64,000 nucleotides of DNA, taken from positions 14,942,001 through 15,006,000 of the forward strand of contig NC_043002.1 in the NCBI RefSeq assembly GCF_006345805.1. The letters are read 5' to 3'. Within the stretch, counting starts at the first letter, position 1. Each line of letters opens with the position of its first letter. This document shows positions 36,350 to 51,749 of this stretch, in pieces. The position numbers and the translations under genes are program-made. The notes beneath the pieces are model-generated. The model did not search any database. It saw only the letters and a program-made list of their open reading frames with translations, and was not told the origin of the DNA. The DNA comes from Octopus sinensis. Taxonomy: Eukaryota.

Positions 36350-38764
36350 ACAATTGTATGCCAGACTTGTTTGGAGATCTCTTGGCGGCGGTGTACTGCA
36401 ACTGGCAGCAAAACGGGAGCATTCCTGGTTTTGTGAGCCGAGGAGCCGTAACACTGCTGAAGAAAGATCTAAACAAGGGAAATGTAATAGATAACTTTAG
36501 GCCCATCACTCTGCTTAATGCAGACTTGAAAATTTTGGCCAAGGTGCTAGCCAAGAGGTTGGCGCTTGTCATCGAGAAACTGGTCGACAAGGCGCAAACA
36601 TGCGCCGTACCAGGCCGGACCATCCATGACAACCTCCATCTGATGCGCTACATCATAGACAGGGTAGTTAACGAACCTGGCATGGGTGGGGCCCTGATCA
36701 ACTTGGATCAATCGAAAGCCTTTGATAGGGTAGACCATCGATACTTGGGGCAGTCCTGAGAGCGGCTGGTTTCGGTCCCGTCTTCCGCGGCTGGATAGCT
36801 GCCTTGTACAGGGGCATCCGTTCGGTAATTCGCGTAAATGGACATCTATCGAGACCTTTCGACATTGCACGTTCGGTCCGTCAGGGATGCCCCCTCTCGG
36901 CGCTTCTATACGTATTGACTCTTGAGCCACTACTGCGGAAGCTGGCGACTCTAAGGGGCATCCCGCGAGAATTGGGATGCGGGACGAGCGTGTCTGCATA
37001 CGCGGACGACGTCACCGTCATAGTGTCTAGCCACGAGCACATCGAGCTGGTCGGCGAGACACTGAAAAACTACGAAGCGGTGACAGGAGCGAAAATCAAC
37101 CGGGAAAAGTCAGTGGGCTTGCGACTAGGCACCTGGAGAAGCAAGCCCATGCCGTCCACCAGCGCCTCCGTCGTGGGACGCTGGACCGACGGCCGGTTGA
37201 GTTGCTCGGGGTCTGGTTCGGTCCGGACCTCCAAGTGGAGAAGAACTGGAACGAGATAACGAGTAGGGTGGTCACTCTCGCCCGGCAATGGGCCGAGAGG
37301 AAACTGTCCCTAAAAGGTCGAGCGGAGGTGGCGAACACGTACATCGCGTCCGTCATCTATTACCGCCTGACCGTCGTACCTTGTCCCGACCCTACCATCA
37401 CCAAACTACAACGCATCCTCTTTCGCTTCTTGTGGAAAGGATGCGTCCCGATGGTCAGGCGATCAATTGCTGTCAACACCCGTTAAAAGGAGGGCTGGGC
37501 ATGCCGTGGTTGATGATGCGCAGACACGCGCTGAGACTGCGACATCTCTGGCTCTATGTAGACGACGGTGAACAGGTGTGGTCGCCGTTTGTGAGGCACG
37601 CTTTCCCGCAGCTCGTCTCCATGACCGAACTGCAGTCGTGGATCAAAAAGAGGCCGAGGAAGGGCGAATGGCACCGCGAGTGTCGCGTTGCTCTCAAGCA
37701 ACTCTGCCGTCCTGGGTCGACCTTAAGTGACTTCAACACAACCAAAGCATTCTATAGGGGTTTAGTGGAGGGGAGGTACGACGACGAGCTCGGGGCGAAC
37801 CTGGACGTCGACGAGGAGTACCTGACCCGCCTGTTCGGGACGACTTTCGGGCCAGGGCCATGGACAACTTCCAAAGATCCCTGGCCTGGCAGTGCTACCG
37901 AGAAGCGCTACCCGTTCGGGATAAGCTCTACAGACACGGCTCGAGAAACACGGGGCCGACCTGCCCGAGATGCGGTCAGAGCGACGAAACCGTTCTGCAC
38001 GCACTCGTTCAGTGTCCAACAATTTCCGACCTGTGGGCTTATGTCGAACAACTGCTGTCACGTGTGGGACGAGTCGGTTTATCAGCTGAGTCTATCGTCA
38101 ATATTGTCACGCCTCCTTCCTTCAAACGGGAAGGAAGAGCTATTTTCATCATCCTTGTGGCTATGGCGAAAGAATATATCTGGTGGACGCGTCTGAAAGG
38201 ATTGGAGACAAACACTTTCCTCTCTGGTCAATCTCTCATCAACTTCTTCAAGTACCACTTGAAAAGGAAAGTGAGAGTAGAGAGGCAAGTTTTGTCTAGC
38301 GAATGTTTTAAAAAAAGATGGGTGAATGTAGCAAGAATGGCACGTATGAATGACGAAGCCACCTTGAGCATAGTCCTATGAACCCAGAAATCGAAAACAG
38401 AGAGTTGCTTATTTGCAAAAAAAGAAAAAAAAAAAGAAATATAAAATGTGACTTCATTGACCGAGGTTACCGTGGTCTTTTCCGTAGGCTTTTCTTTCCA
38501 CGGGTAAACCTCACCTGTCCTCCCCTTTACACTTCATATTGACATTTCTGTGATAACGATCCCTATTGATCAATTTTTTTTCCTCTCCCCCTTTTTTTTT
38601 TTTTTTTAACCCCCCCTTTTTTGTCCTCTTTCTCTCCTTTTACGATCCCTTTTGATCGAAACTCCCCCTTCCTGTTTTTTTTTTTTTTTAAACCTTCAAA
38701 AGAAAAGCTCTACCTTGTAATTTGTTCCATCTGTGTGCAGCCCTGTGTGGCTAATAAAGAAACA
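36350..38764 (+). mobile_element. 5'-truncated Tx1/L1-clade LINE (second family): RT to 3' end, 15-bp TSD
   Basis: FRPITLLN, LDQSKAFDRVDH, RQGCPLS, AYADD, CPRCGQSDETVLH; AATAAAGAAAC end; TATATATCTGCCTGT at 36335-36349 and 38765-38779. Confidence 0.93.
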
Positions 38765-38779
38765 TATATATCTGCCTGT

Positions 38780-39475
<696 letters not shown>

Positions 39476-40444
39476 CTTCGATAGTATCTATGCCTGTGCA
39501 TGTGAATATGTCCGTGTTTGCTATGGCGCGTTTTAGAATAGTCCTGTGAAGATTTCTCGGAGACTAGCAACTACTAGAATCATAGCATTGAATAGAACTT
39601 CGTGTACGAGCTCGCCGATGAGATTAGTATTATACTCGATTATAATTTAGACGAGTTTTCTCATGAGTGCATCCTATGAAGACAAGTCGAAAGCAGGAAA
39701 GGAATGTGGAAATACTGCATGAGTCGTGCTTCTTGTGATTAGATTAGCGCTGGAAATGAGATTTCCGCAATGTTGGCAATCATTTGCATGACATAAATTG
39801 GAGTAATCCAAGCCGAATTAGCGTGACAGAACTACCGAGTTTGTGAAATGCACAAAGTAACGTTTGCGGAGTGATGATGTTTAGCGTGAAATATGGCGGC
39901 GGTGTATGAAAGTTAGAAAAATATGGAGCTTAAAATCTATTCTATATTATAGTATAAGAAAAGCGACTAGTTTATTTTGATAATTAATTCGAGGAAAATT
40001 GCAGTTATTAAACAAATAGCAATTCTTCAATTCTTGATCACGTACATCCTTCTTTCGGGCTTACAAAATATTGATTGATTTTAAATAACGATATCGATAA
40101 TATTTCTTACTCCTAATGTTTATTAATAATGAAATGCAGATTCATATACACGCAATGCTAAATCGTCGAGTGTTTATAATCATACATAAAGTTAACAAAC
40201 ACTTATAGTTTTAACAAACTACTATTTTATTCATACGCATATTCCAACGCAATTATTTAAGAGCAGCCCCCACACAAACGCACACACACATACACACTCA
40301 CACAAACACGGTCACACAGACACAAACACACAAACACACAAACAAAAACATACGCAAGTACACTCTCACACAAACGTACACTCATGCACACATACAAACA
40401 CAATTACAAAGAAAAGCACCGCGCATAGACAAACACACACGGAC

Positions 40445-40488
<44 letters not shown>

Positions 40489-40806
40489 ATGCACACACGC
40501 ACACACATGCAAGTTCACAGATATCCCTCACAACTTATATAAATGTTCAGAGACATATAACGCCTTATGATAACAGCTTAGCTATAAATACGAACATAAT
40601 TCAACCTCATGTACATTTCATAAAATCTAATTAGAAACACGAAAGCAACGTTCTCAATGAAATAAATCTATAATCCCATTCATCATCATCATCATCTTCA
40701 TCATCATCATCATCGTCATCAGCATCATCATCATCATCATCATCATCATCACCATCAACATCAACATCATCATCATTATCATCAGCATGATCAGCATCAC
40801 CAGCAA

Positions 40807-41211
40807 GTGGAAGCGCAATGACCCAGCGGTTAGGGCAGCGGACTCGCGGTCGGAGGATCACGGTTTCGATTCCGAAACTGGGCGTTGTGTGTGTTTATTG
40901 AGCGAAAACACCTAAAGCTCCACGGGGCTCCGGCAGGGGGTTGTGGCGACCTCTGTTGTACTCTTTCGCCCCAACTTTCTCTCACTCTCACTCCTTCCTG
41001 TTTCTTGTCCCCGACTTCCTACTCAACCGTTGAGCCTGGATGCGCATTCATCCATCCGTCGATGCTCTCGGTGTCGGGGGTTGACCTGCTTTCTCTTCTG
41101 CGGGTCTTACGAATAGCAAAGGACAACGTTTAGGACTTCTCCCTGAGGCGCGATCTTGCGAGCTGTGGGACGAAGACATATTCGCTCAACAAACAACCAA
41201 ACAAACAAACA
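40807..41211 (+). mobile_element. SINE family C, tail variant 3, with (CAAA)n tail, inserted in (CAT)n
   Basis: Shared head; putative TSD AGCATCACCAGC at 40793-40804 and 41212-41223. Confidence 0.85.
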
Positions 41212-41848
41212 AGCATCACCAGCTTCATCATCATCAGTAGTAGTAGTAGTAGAAGTAGTAAGACGACCTGCTATGAGCAATGAGATCGGTTGAATCGCCT
41301 GGTCATCTGTTCATTAGTGTTACTGCTTTCGTCGAAACTTTGCAACTACTATTATCGGTGTTCTTGTTTTGCTTTTAAAAGTCTATAAGTTCACAGAATA
41401 ATTAGAGCGTCGCAAAAAGAAAACTGTAGCAGAGTTTCTTCTGGCATCTCACGTGCTGAATTCAAAATCCCTCGTAAACAACTGCGCCTATGTACACACG
41501 TCCGTATAAGTTGTGTCGTGTCTTTCTTAGATATTATGCGAATTGCTATGACAATCATGTTTAACTTTAGAAGTTAAATCTCAGCAATGAAACAAGGGAA
41601 TATTTTTAATGGGTCCCTATGCCCCACGAAAAAGCAGCCAAATATCCACAAGGTCGTAATCTACCAAAATTATAAAATGAATGACCTATTTGAAAGTGTT
41701 CCATGAAGCATACCATTGCTTCTATCTAATGCCTGAGGCCAGAAATTTCGAGGGTAGTTGAAATCTCTTACTTCAGTCCATTACTCATAAATTATATTAT
41801 TTACGCAGTATTTGAATCCCGAATACAATAAATGAGAACATATAACGG

Positions 41849-42453
41849 ATCTTTACCTTGTGACCGACAGATTAAGAAAATATTTTTTGTAACTAACACT
41901 TTCAAAGTTCGTATACTTGTTTGTGCGTTTGTACTGGATTTAGCTTTAAGGTTTTAGGGTCAGGGTTTTAGGGTTAGGGTTAGGACTAGGGTTTTAGGGT
42001 TAGGGCTTTAGGGTTAGGGTTTTAGGGTTAGGGTTTTAGGGTTGGGGATAGGGTTTTAGAGTTAGGGTTAAGGTTAGGGTTTTAGGGCTACAGTTACGGA
42101 AAAAAGGAAAAAGTGAAGCACGAACGATTATGGTGATGCCATGAAGTAAACATGCTTCAGATACACTCATTTATTCATACAAACACAACTGAGATGAAAT
42201 ATGTCATAAATAACGCCGAATGTTATTGTTGACAAACAACAACAGTAATTTTATTCAGCTGAATACACGTCATTGATTGGTTGAAATTACCGAAATACGA
42301 TTTTAACAAGAAATAACTTCCAAAATACAGAATGTTCCCAACAACGCCAAGAGTAAAAAATGTTTTATGTGACACATTCTACCAGTATACGAAGTTTGAA
42401 AGTGTTTAGTTTTAAAAAAATATTTTAAAATCTGTCGGTCAAGAAGTAAAGAT
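41849..42453. mobile_element. MITE-like element with ~70-bp imperfect TIRs and internal degenerate (TTAGGG/TTTTAGGG)n at 41949-42087
   Basis: ATCTTTAC..GACCGACAGATT..AACACTTTCAAA.TTCGTATACT mirrored at 42380-42453; no clear TSD. Confidence 0.75.
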
Positions 42454-42863
42454 TCCAAATATCACAAATTGTGTTTTTGCTCTAACGTTTCTGCCACACA
42501 CACTCCCACTTAGTCTAAGACATATAGTGCCTAAGATACGAACACACATTCTAGATTTGATCGATCATCTACAAAAGTGGAAAGCAAAATCAAAACAAAA
42601 AAAAGTTCAACTCCACACAAGCGACCAGCAACTTTACCATTAAGAGACCCCAATAGATTTAATGCGATTAAATTTGATCACAATTTTAATTGATGTATAA
42701 GACGAAGGTAATCGAAGAAACACTTAACTTATTAATCAAGTGAAGCTTCGATATAATAGCTTCAACATAGTTTAGCCTTCCTCCGTTGGAAATTATAACA
42801 TAATGTGTTCTGCTCCATTGAGTAAATAATATAGCTTGATTTAAATTTGACTTAAAAGTACCA

Positions 42864-42941
<78 letters not shown>

Positions 42942-44067
42942 ATGAGGGGAGAGAGTGATAGGCGGTTATAGATAGATAGGGAGAAATACATGGTTATATA
43001 TTTCTTTCTAATTTTTATAGAATTTTATATACAATTTCCTTTCGTGTATATAATGGAGTAAACACGAAACAATTGATTCGAAGCAGCGAAGTGTGAAGCA
43101 AATTGTGAACATATGTAAATGGAATTACCATTCAAGTAATCGATATATATATACAAATTTATATAATGCTGTTCTTGTATATATATATACGTGTGCATCT
43201 GTGTGTGTGTATGTTCTTGTGAGTGTCTGTGTGTGTCCCTGCTTGTGTTAGTGTGTCTGTCTTTATGTCGATCTGTTTTAACTGACGAAGAAAGATTAAT
43301 CTATTGTAAAATATTCTTGGGGGCGCCCTTAATATTGGTTTCAAATTATGGGAGCAGGTCAGTTGCTTCACTGAGTGGGTAGGTCAATTATATCGCCTGC
43401 ATTGCTCAACTGGTACTTATTTAATCGACCCCGAAACTGATGATTGGCTATGTCGACCTCAGTGGAATTTGAAGATATAGGCACGCACGCACACACACAC
43501 ACGCACACACACACACACACGCACACACATATATATATGTATGTGCGCGTGTCTGTGAGCACACGCAGGTTTGTGTGTATGTGTGTATCTCTCTCTCTAT
43601 CTAATGGACACATAATATACATCTTGTCCCAAAAGTGCATTCATATAAAGAATGATAATATAAAGTTAGTGTTTGTTAATATACATTTCACTTTCAACTT
43701 CAATATAATCTATAGACGCATTGTAATTCTATATTCAGGCCCATTTGATTTCAAATTGCTAAATATTATGTTCCTGGCAGTGATACTAACACTCAGCTAT
43801 GGAACCGCAAACGTGAAGAAATATTCATCCAGGATTTGAGCGTTCTAGTTCGTTGCTTTTTCCTTGTGCCACAACTGTTGATGGTTTTATAACGTAAGAT
43901 CTTTCTTTTAAATATACATTAGAAAAAGCCTTTTACTATGATTTTCAGTGAATGCCGACAGTATTCTTCAGAACACCCTTGCTCAATCCTTTTGTTTGAT
44001 ACAGCACCAATGTTGTAGACACTTGACGTTACTACGGCAGTTTTGGGGTGGCCGTAATGCTTGAAAT

Positions 44068-45355
44068 GTTAGTTCATTAAGTATGAAATTTGTAGTAACG
44101 TATATGGTAAATTTTGACAGCTGTTTATTTTGCGCCAATATCATATTTTGACAATGTTTATTTTTTATTAGAGTGATGCCACATCTATTTCTTTATTCTA
44201 TCTTATTTTGCGCTTTATAAAGTATTTGCAAATCGTTTTTTGATATTTTTTTTAGAACTGGATAAGTAGGAAATTCGTACAGTTTTGAAATATGAATTAT
44301 TTCTTGGAAATACAACATCACAGACAGCTCGGTATATTAATGGAGTATTTCATTCTAATGTTATTACACAACAGAATGTATCAAGTTGGTTTACAAAATT
44401 TCGTTCTGATAACCTTGATCTCACGAATGAGCAACGTGGTCGACCAGAAACAAAAGTGGATAATGATAAGCTGAACGCCACCGTCAAGACAGATCCATCT
44501 CATAGTGCCGGTGAATTATCGTTGTTGTTTGGTGTTAGCACGTAAACAATATTGACTCACCTAGTTCAAATCGGTAAAGTGACAAATTTTGATAAGTGGG
44601 TTCTACATGAACTCAAGGAAAATCAGAAATAGCAACGTTTGGAAGCTTGCATTATGCTTCCTTCTCGTCACAAAAATGAGTAATTATTTATCGAATTCTA
44701 AGATGTGATGAGATATGGATGCAATACAACAGCCGTGCACGTTCAGTACAATGACTGGACAAGGTCGAGCCACCAAAACACAGTCTACAAAGCAAAATTC
44801 ATCAAAAAAGCGGATGGTGAATGTTTGTTGGTCTGGCGCCGGTGTGATTTATAATGATTTCCTTAAACCTGGCCCCTCACCCCTCAATCGTGGTCGAAGT
44901 TTACTGTAGCCAACTGGACGAACTGATGCGGAAACTTACAAATAAACAGCTTAGTTTAGTCAACAGATCTACTCATATTTTACTGCAAGACAACTACAGA
45001 CCACACTTCGAAAAATGACATTGGTGAAACTACATGTTTTGGAGTTGGAATTTCTCCATCATCCACCATACTCAGCTGAACCTGTGCCTATTGACTATCA
45101 CTTCTGCCAGAATTTGGATACATTCTTGCCAGGAAAAAATTAATTCAGACAATGCTTTAAAACAAACCTTCCAAGATTTTATTGACTCTAGATTACCAGG
45201 CTTTTACAGTTCTGGGCTGGACAATCTACCGCTGAAGTGCCAAAAGAATATTGACATTATGGGGGAATACTTTGATGAATAAACTATTCCTTGTATTTAT
45301 AAAATATTAGCAAACATTTTTATCGTTTATACAAATTTCATACTTGACAACCTAA
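44068..45355 (+). mobile_element. Full-length degenerate mariner element (~1.29 kb)
   Basis: WFTKFRS..RGRPETKVDND, WVLHEL, HPPYSAEPVP.DYH, KCQKNIDIMGEYFDE*; TIR remnant AAGTATGAAATTTGTA / TACAAATTTCATACTT..CAACCTAA followed by TA. Confidence 0.88.
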
Positions 45356-45946
45356 TATAATTCCACATCTTCAATGTGCTCTTCACTAAATAGATTGTAG
45401 CGGTAGATTCACTTAATTGGAACAAGTTACATTATTGTAAAATAAAAAAAATATATAATGGTCTAATTAACCGTTTTGATGATAAGCCACTCATATTCTA
45501 ACTCGTGGCGAATTAACAGGATATGCTTCTGTACAACGCGGATACTCGAGTCCCACCTAGGTACAATTTAAGGTACACTTTGCTGCAAAGCGTATCTACC
45601 CTCTACATGTCTCACAATGTACCATTCGCATACCTCAACACTTCGATCTGTATTATTTACCCGGCAAACATAGACTATTCTCAGTTTGTAAAATTTACAA
45701 TGACAATGCTTGATTTTGAAATTTCTGTGTTACCATTCTTTATCGTATATCTAGGGTCATTTCTACTTGATTCTTTCTTGGTTAAGGCTTATGAATTATT
45801 CGTATTAAACTCATTACTTTCGCGCAAAATACCTGTATACATATACACTCATATACACAAAGAGCACGCATTTTCCAAACAACGTCGGATGAAATCATTA
45901 CTGACCGAAGTCATTATCTACTCTGTTTGTAAATGTATATAATACA

Positions 45947-46113
<167 letters not shown>

Positions 46114-49008
46114 CTACACTCACTGAGACACACACGTGTAAACATGCACACACACACATGGGCAACGTTCACACATACACCAACAGAAAAAAGTTTCTTC
46201 TCTTTTTAATAATTTAATTCCTTCCACTTTTGGAGGTAGTGGTTGCTGACTAAACCTGAAGTTTCATCGTTGGAATGAAAGTAACAAAACCAATGTCATC
46301 ATAAACTTCAAAAAAACAAATAAATGTTTTCCATATTTTTACTATATATGTAGGTATGCATGTACAATGTTTATGGTACTAATCACATGTAGCACACCGC
46401 ACACTGTTCCATGTCCGGCGCATTGAAGCTTACGCTTAATTCTCAATACGTCCACCTTGTAGTGAGATATATAGGACAGCCTCAGCGAAGAAAACAAAAA
46501 CGCAAAAGCATCGGGAAATATAGCGAAAATATTCTTGAAATATTCTTGCATATAGGTCTACTTCTAGATGTGTCTTTAATAACAGAGCCTTGTTAGAAAT
46601 TAGTTAAAAATCATGTTAAATTCAACTAAACGTCATCTGCACATCTAAGTCGACTGAGACAACTGAAGGCAGCTTCCTAATGTAATAATATATATTCATG
46701 CTTACCCAAAATCCATGTCACACGACATAAAGAGAGAGATTTTGTTTCAATTAAAATTACAAATATCAAACCCAAATTCTTTCGTTAGTGACAAGGTCTA
46801 CAAATTCTATATATTTTGTGTTTACGAAAATAACTAGTTATCATATTTATCAATCATCTAAACTTCCTCCTCTACTAATCATATTTTTCTACTCACTTTC
46901 AAAGTAGGCTTTTTTTCGTTGACAATTGTCCATTCTAATATTTGTCGAAGAAGCCCTCAAAATTATCGTCGTCATCTGCATCAAAATCATCATTATTATT
47001 AGCATTATCATTAACATCATGCCTGTATGTATGTATGAATGTATATATTTTATATATGTATATCGGCGTGCGGTTGAAGTTACATGCACACACTTTGGGG
47101 TTCTGTGTTATTGTAGGTGAGTATATGTATACAATTGAGCATGAATTATTGTGTGCGTGCGCACGCATGTGAGTGTGTCCTTCCATGAGTGTCTTCATTT
47201 CTTCCACTAATAAATGTCTTCAGATCATATATTGTGTTCCTATCAGAGTTAATATATTTATAGATATATTCCCATGAAAAGAAGTCATGTATATGTCTCA
47301 CAATGTTGCAGACGATTTTACTAATTGAAGTGAATACTATGAGTGGAGTTGTGGGTAACACTAATGATTTAAATCTAAAACCTCATTTAGTTATGTTAAT
47401 TAGAAGCCTTATGATTCTCATTGCTTTGTTATAGTGTATATAAATACAGGCTACGCCAGAAAAGCTGTTTATGGGTCAATGGTGCCTGAATGTAGATATT
47501 GCCTTGTCTCTTCTGTATCGCGAACATCAATTGATCTCGTGCCCACCGGGCATTTTCCATTCAATCCGTCTTCAGTTATGTGGAATCAGTGATTTCAACG
47601 CAGAGAACTTAAAAGATTCATTTCGTACTCAATTGAAACGATTGAGATAGAAAATTGCTTTGGTCATAGGTTCAGCGCTAATAGAAAGACCACAAAGGAA
47701 GGCATTGAAGCGGTCGAATTCCTGAATATATCCTCGAGGCGATGAAACTCCAAAACTTCAATGAGATGTAACACTCTATTTACATTCACCTTTATCTTCG
47801 CCCAAGAAACATACTTCTGCTTTGGAACTGTCATCTTATATTCCTATCAAAAGAACAGTTGTTCAGGAAATTTATTCTCACAACTTGTTTTGCTAAAGTA
47901 TAAATTGTGACAGATTTTAACACACCCTGAATAATTCTGTGATATCGTTTACTGTGTCTGTTTTATTTTACGAGTTCATGATATATAATACTGCTGGTTA
48001 ATTCTCCGTGATCGCTAACGAGAAAACTTAGGCAAAGGTCAAAATATCAAGTATGGTTTTGCCATACACTTTTGCTTCTTTAAGTATCTTTCTCTAATCT
48101 GTGTTCAGTGTTTGTTAAACAATAATTTTTGAAGTGGGGGTAAATAACTGGATTATATTTACAAAATATAAAATAGAGTGTAAGATCACGTTCTTCACTT
48201 GTTATTCAGTTGTTCTTGCAGTTTATTAGACGAGTATAATATTTCAAAATCATGAAAACAAACTTTTCTCGGGTAGTATGGGTCTATCCTTCTTTACACT
48301 ATGTATCATGTTCTGCCCTCTCTAATCCAACAAAGCATAGTATAAACAACAGTAATGCAGTTAGAAATGAAACAAGCTAAATATATATTAATCTCTGTCC
48401 ATTATGTAAAAGTTTATGCAGTGTAGAATTGATGAAAGTTCACATGATTCACGCAAGGTATTCTGCACATTAATATTGCCATATTTTTGTCATAAACGTC
48501 AGAAATACTCCTAAGGACACACAAGTAATTAATATTTTACGAAATGCATTTACTACATAATTAATATTAAGTCAACTTCATGATGGCAGCCATAAATAAA
48601 TAGACAATCTTTAACGCTGTCTATATTAGGCAACGTGAAACTTCCCGTTTTTAAGAAAACACGCAATGATTTGCGAGAAATTCCAGTAACTGCCTTTACG
48701 GAATTGACGCCAATTTATTTTTTTTAATTCAGTTCTCCTTTATTTAATTAAGTGTATAAGCTTAGAAACACGATTGCATTGTGTGATTTTAGAAAGAAAC
48801 AAGGAAAAACTCCGCGACATGTAAGTGTCTGATTGTATTTCGAAGATGTTCTTCATAACTGTATTTTAGTAATACTTCCGAAAAGGAACTCATTCAGAAC
48901 GTAGCCCATCAGAATGATTCCGACCAACCAGTCACCATTTATGTTCTATATTTTAGAGATGAGGAATTCTGGCCTTCATCAGGTTTTGGGTTGAAAATTC
49001 TACCAGGA

Positions 49009-49038
49009 CACCTGATGAAGTCTGAATGAAACGTTGTG
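49009..49038 (+). ncRNA. Degenerate minimal hammerhead relic
   Basis: CAC CTGATGA AGTCTGAAT GAAA CG T T GTG; stem II does not pair well. Confidence 0.4.
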
Positions 49039-49689
49039 GTAACAACAAACAAGATGAGAACACATACCCGTCCAACGTACACAATGTAAATATAGCCACC
49101 ATTTCTTAATTTCGTTGAATGCTACGATTTCACAGCATTTTAACAGCAGTGACTTAAGATATTGCATCAGTTTGTATGAATGTTTTTCTTCATGTTCGCG
49201 ATACATATTCACAGCCAGTGAAATGTATCGAGATCACAACAGCCAAGAAGCTGATATTGCGATGTAAGCTCATGTAGATTTTATTTAATTCATGTTAGTA
49301 AATATTCCACATTTTTTAGACCAATATTTATGATTTATTTTTAGAGAAATGCATATCAATGATTGTAAGTATGACAATATAAAATGAATTACATTCTGAC
49401 TCAGAATTCTGAAATTACGCATTATATACAAATGTTCCAATATTTCTTTCGCTCTTTCGTTTTTTGCACAACGCTAGCAATTTTATCATTGGAGTGAAGA
49501 TGTTCATATCAGTTCTAATTATCAAACAGTAATTATGCCATTGACGCTATACAGTAAAAGGTAAATTTCGATCTTGAGATCTTGTGAACTCAAAACATAA
49601 ACTATCAGAAATTATATTAAGCATGTTGTCCGGGCTGTCGAATTTCAAAGGCTCAAATATCCTTTTCTACTCTAGGCATAAGACACAAA

Positions 49690-50050
49690 CTTTTTTGCGG
49701 GATAGGTGCCAGTCGATTAGATCGATCCCAGTACACAACTGGTATTTAATTTATCGAGCCCGAAATAATAAATGGCAAAGTCGACCTCGGCAGAATTTGA
49801 ACTCAGAACGTAAAGACAGACGAAATATCGTTAAGCATTTCGCCTTGCATGCTAACGTTTCTTATTTCTAAGGGGCTAAATATAGAGGGGACAAACAAGA
49901 ACAGACAAAGTAACTGGTACTTAATTTATCGACCCTGAAAGGATAAAAGGCGAAGTCGACCGCGGCGGAATTTGAACTAAGAACGTAACGGCGGACGAAA
50001 TAGTGCTAAGAATTTTGCCCGGCGTGCTAACGTTTCTGCCAAGTCACCGC
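49690..50050 (-). mobile_element. Two adjacent SINE family A copies
   Basis: Two consecutive TCGACC..GGCAAAGTCGACC..GAATTTGAACT blocks. Confidence 0.8.
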
Positions 50051-50884
50051 CTTCAAAGGCCCAAATATTGATACCTAAATGCATGGCATTGTAATTGCTG
50101 CTTACTTCTCTCAATCAAGTACTGTTTTCTACAGTGTAGAACCAATTGTATTCTAGGGTATGCATGGTACTATACTATAATATCTAATAAGAAACAAATC
50201 TGAAATTATAAAAATACAAAACAAAATTATAGTAAAACTTATGTAAGATTTTTCAAAACAGGTAATATAACATTAACATTTTTACCACTCAACTTTGCTG
50301 TCTTACTATTCGCTTTTGTTTGTCATTTTTTCCCCTCTTTTAAATAGCAGAAATATTTTGAATCACAGGAGAAGTAATTTCAAAGAGAAAAACATGCTTT
50401 TGCATTTGATATAATTAATAAATGTTGTTATGTATATTTTAGAATTAGTAATTCGTGACAAAACAGCAATGGTTGTATGAAATGCTACTTTTGAATTCAT
50501 TATTTCTTTTTGTATAATTCCCATCTCACTTCCTTACTTTCACTTTCATCTTTATTGCATTCCCTTTCTTTTCACACTTCTATATATTTTTTTTGTCTGT
50601 CATTCTCCATTCAACATTCATTCTTTTGATCTTTCTCGGGAATCAGTATATATATAATTTATGTTGCGGTAGATGGCTATACATTTCCTGAATATTATGC
50701 TGACTGAAATAGTGAGAGACGAAACGAATTTACAGTTAACAATGAATCTCTAATAAGACGTGAATGTCGATGGTAACTTTGGCAGAAAAAGTAAACTGCA
50801 CAACAAAATGTCTGCAAGTAATTACCTTTACGTATTTCTATACCTGGTAGACATCAGATCACGTATTTATTTATTAATGGTTAT

Positions 50885-51085
<201 letters not shown>

Positions 51086-51749
51086 ATTATTTTTAAGGCG
51101 GTGTGCTGGCAGAATCGTTAGCACGCCGGATGGAATGTTGAGCGATGTTTCATTTGCTGCTACTTTCTGAGTTCAACTCCCGCACAGGTCCACTATGCCT
51201 TTAATACTTCTGGGGTGAATAAAAAAAGTAAAAGTTGAGCTGGGGGTAAATGTAATCCCTTTAGCTCCACCCAAAAACTTCTTTCCATGTGCCAAATTTG
51301 AAGCTATTGTCATTTGTATTTTAAGTTAATCTGCATGTTTGTTACAATAACTTACCGCGGCACACCAAACGTCCTTGGGCGAGTGGAGATAAGAGATATT
51401 ACAGTATGACTGAAAGCTTGGGGAAGTGAAAGTAACGAAATAACTTCATATAATGCAGCACCGACATTTAAATGGACTGTGCTTTTCTAAGAATGTGGGC
51501 AGCACTTGTCAACATAATGTCTTGGATTTCTCTAAGACATCCCATTCATATACTCAGCGCACCTAGAAATGACAGGAACAGTTCTCGCATTTTTTGATGT
51601 CACATTTTTTGTATTTCAATTTCCAATTCCTCATATCTACTTAATTTGTCAAATTCATTTGCAGATATATTTTTTTAGTGGGAACACTTACAGCTACAAG
51701 TATTTTCATCCAAGTCTTTAAAAATAATGTCTAGTCGATTATTCTGGAT

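Noticed and set aside
39668-39700. CTATGA..GAC AA GTC GAAA hammerhead-like string
   Set aside because: Core incomplete, 2-nt loop and no helix III or stem I.
41949-42087. True telomere or chromosome-fusion site
   Set aside because: Short, degenerate, single orientation and enclosed by TIRs.
46897-47022. 126-bp minus-strand exon-like segment (MMLMIMLII..)
   Set aside because: Largely derived from an ATG/ATA microsatellite; splice signals alone are insufficient.
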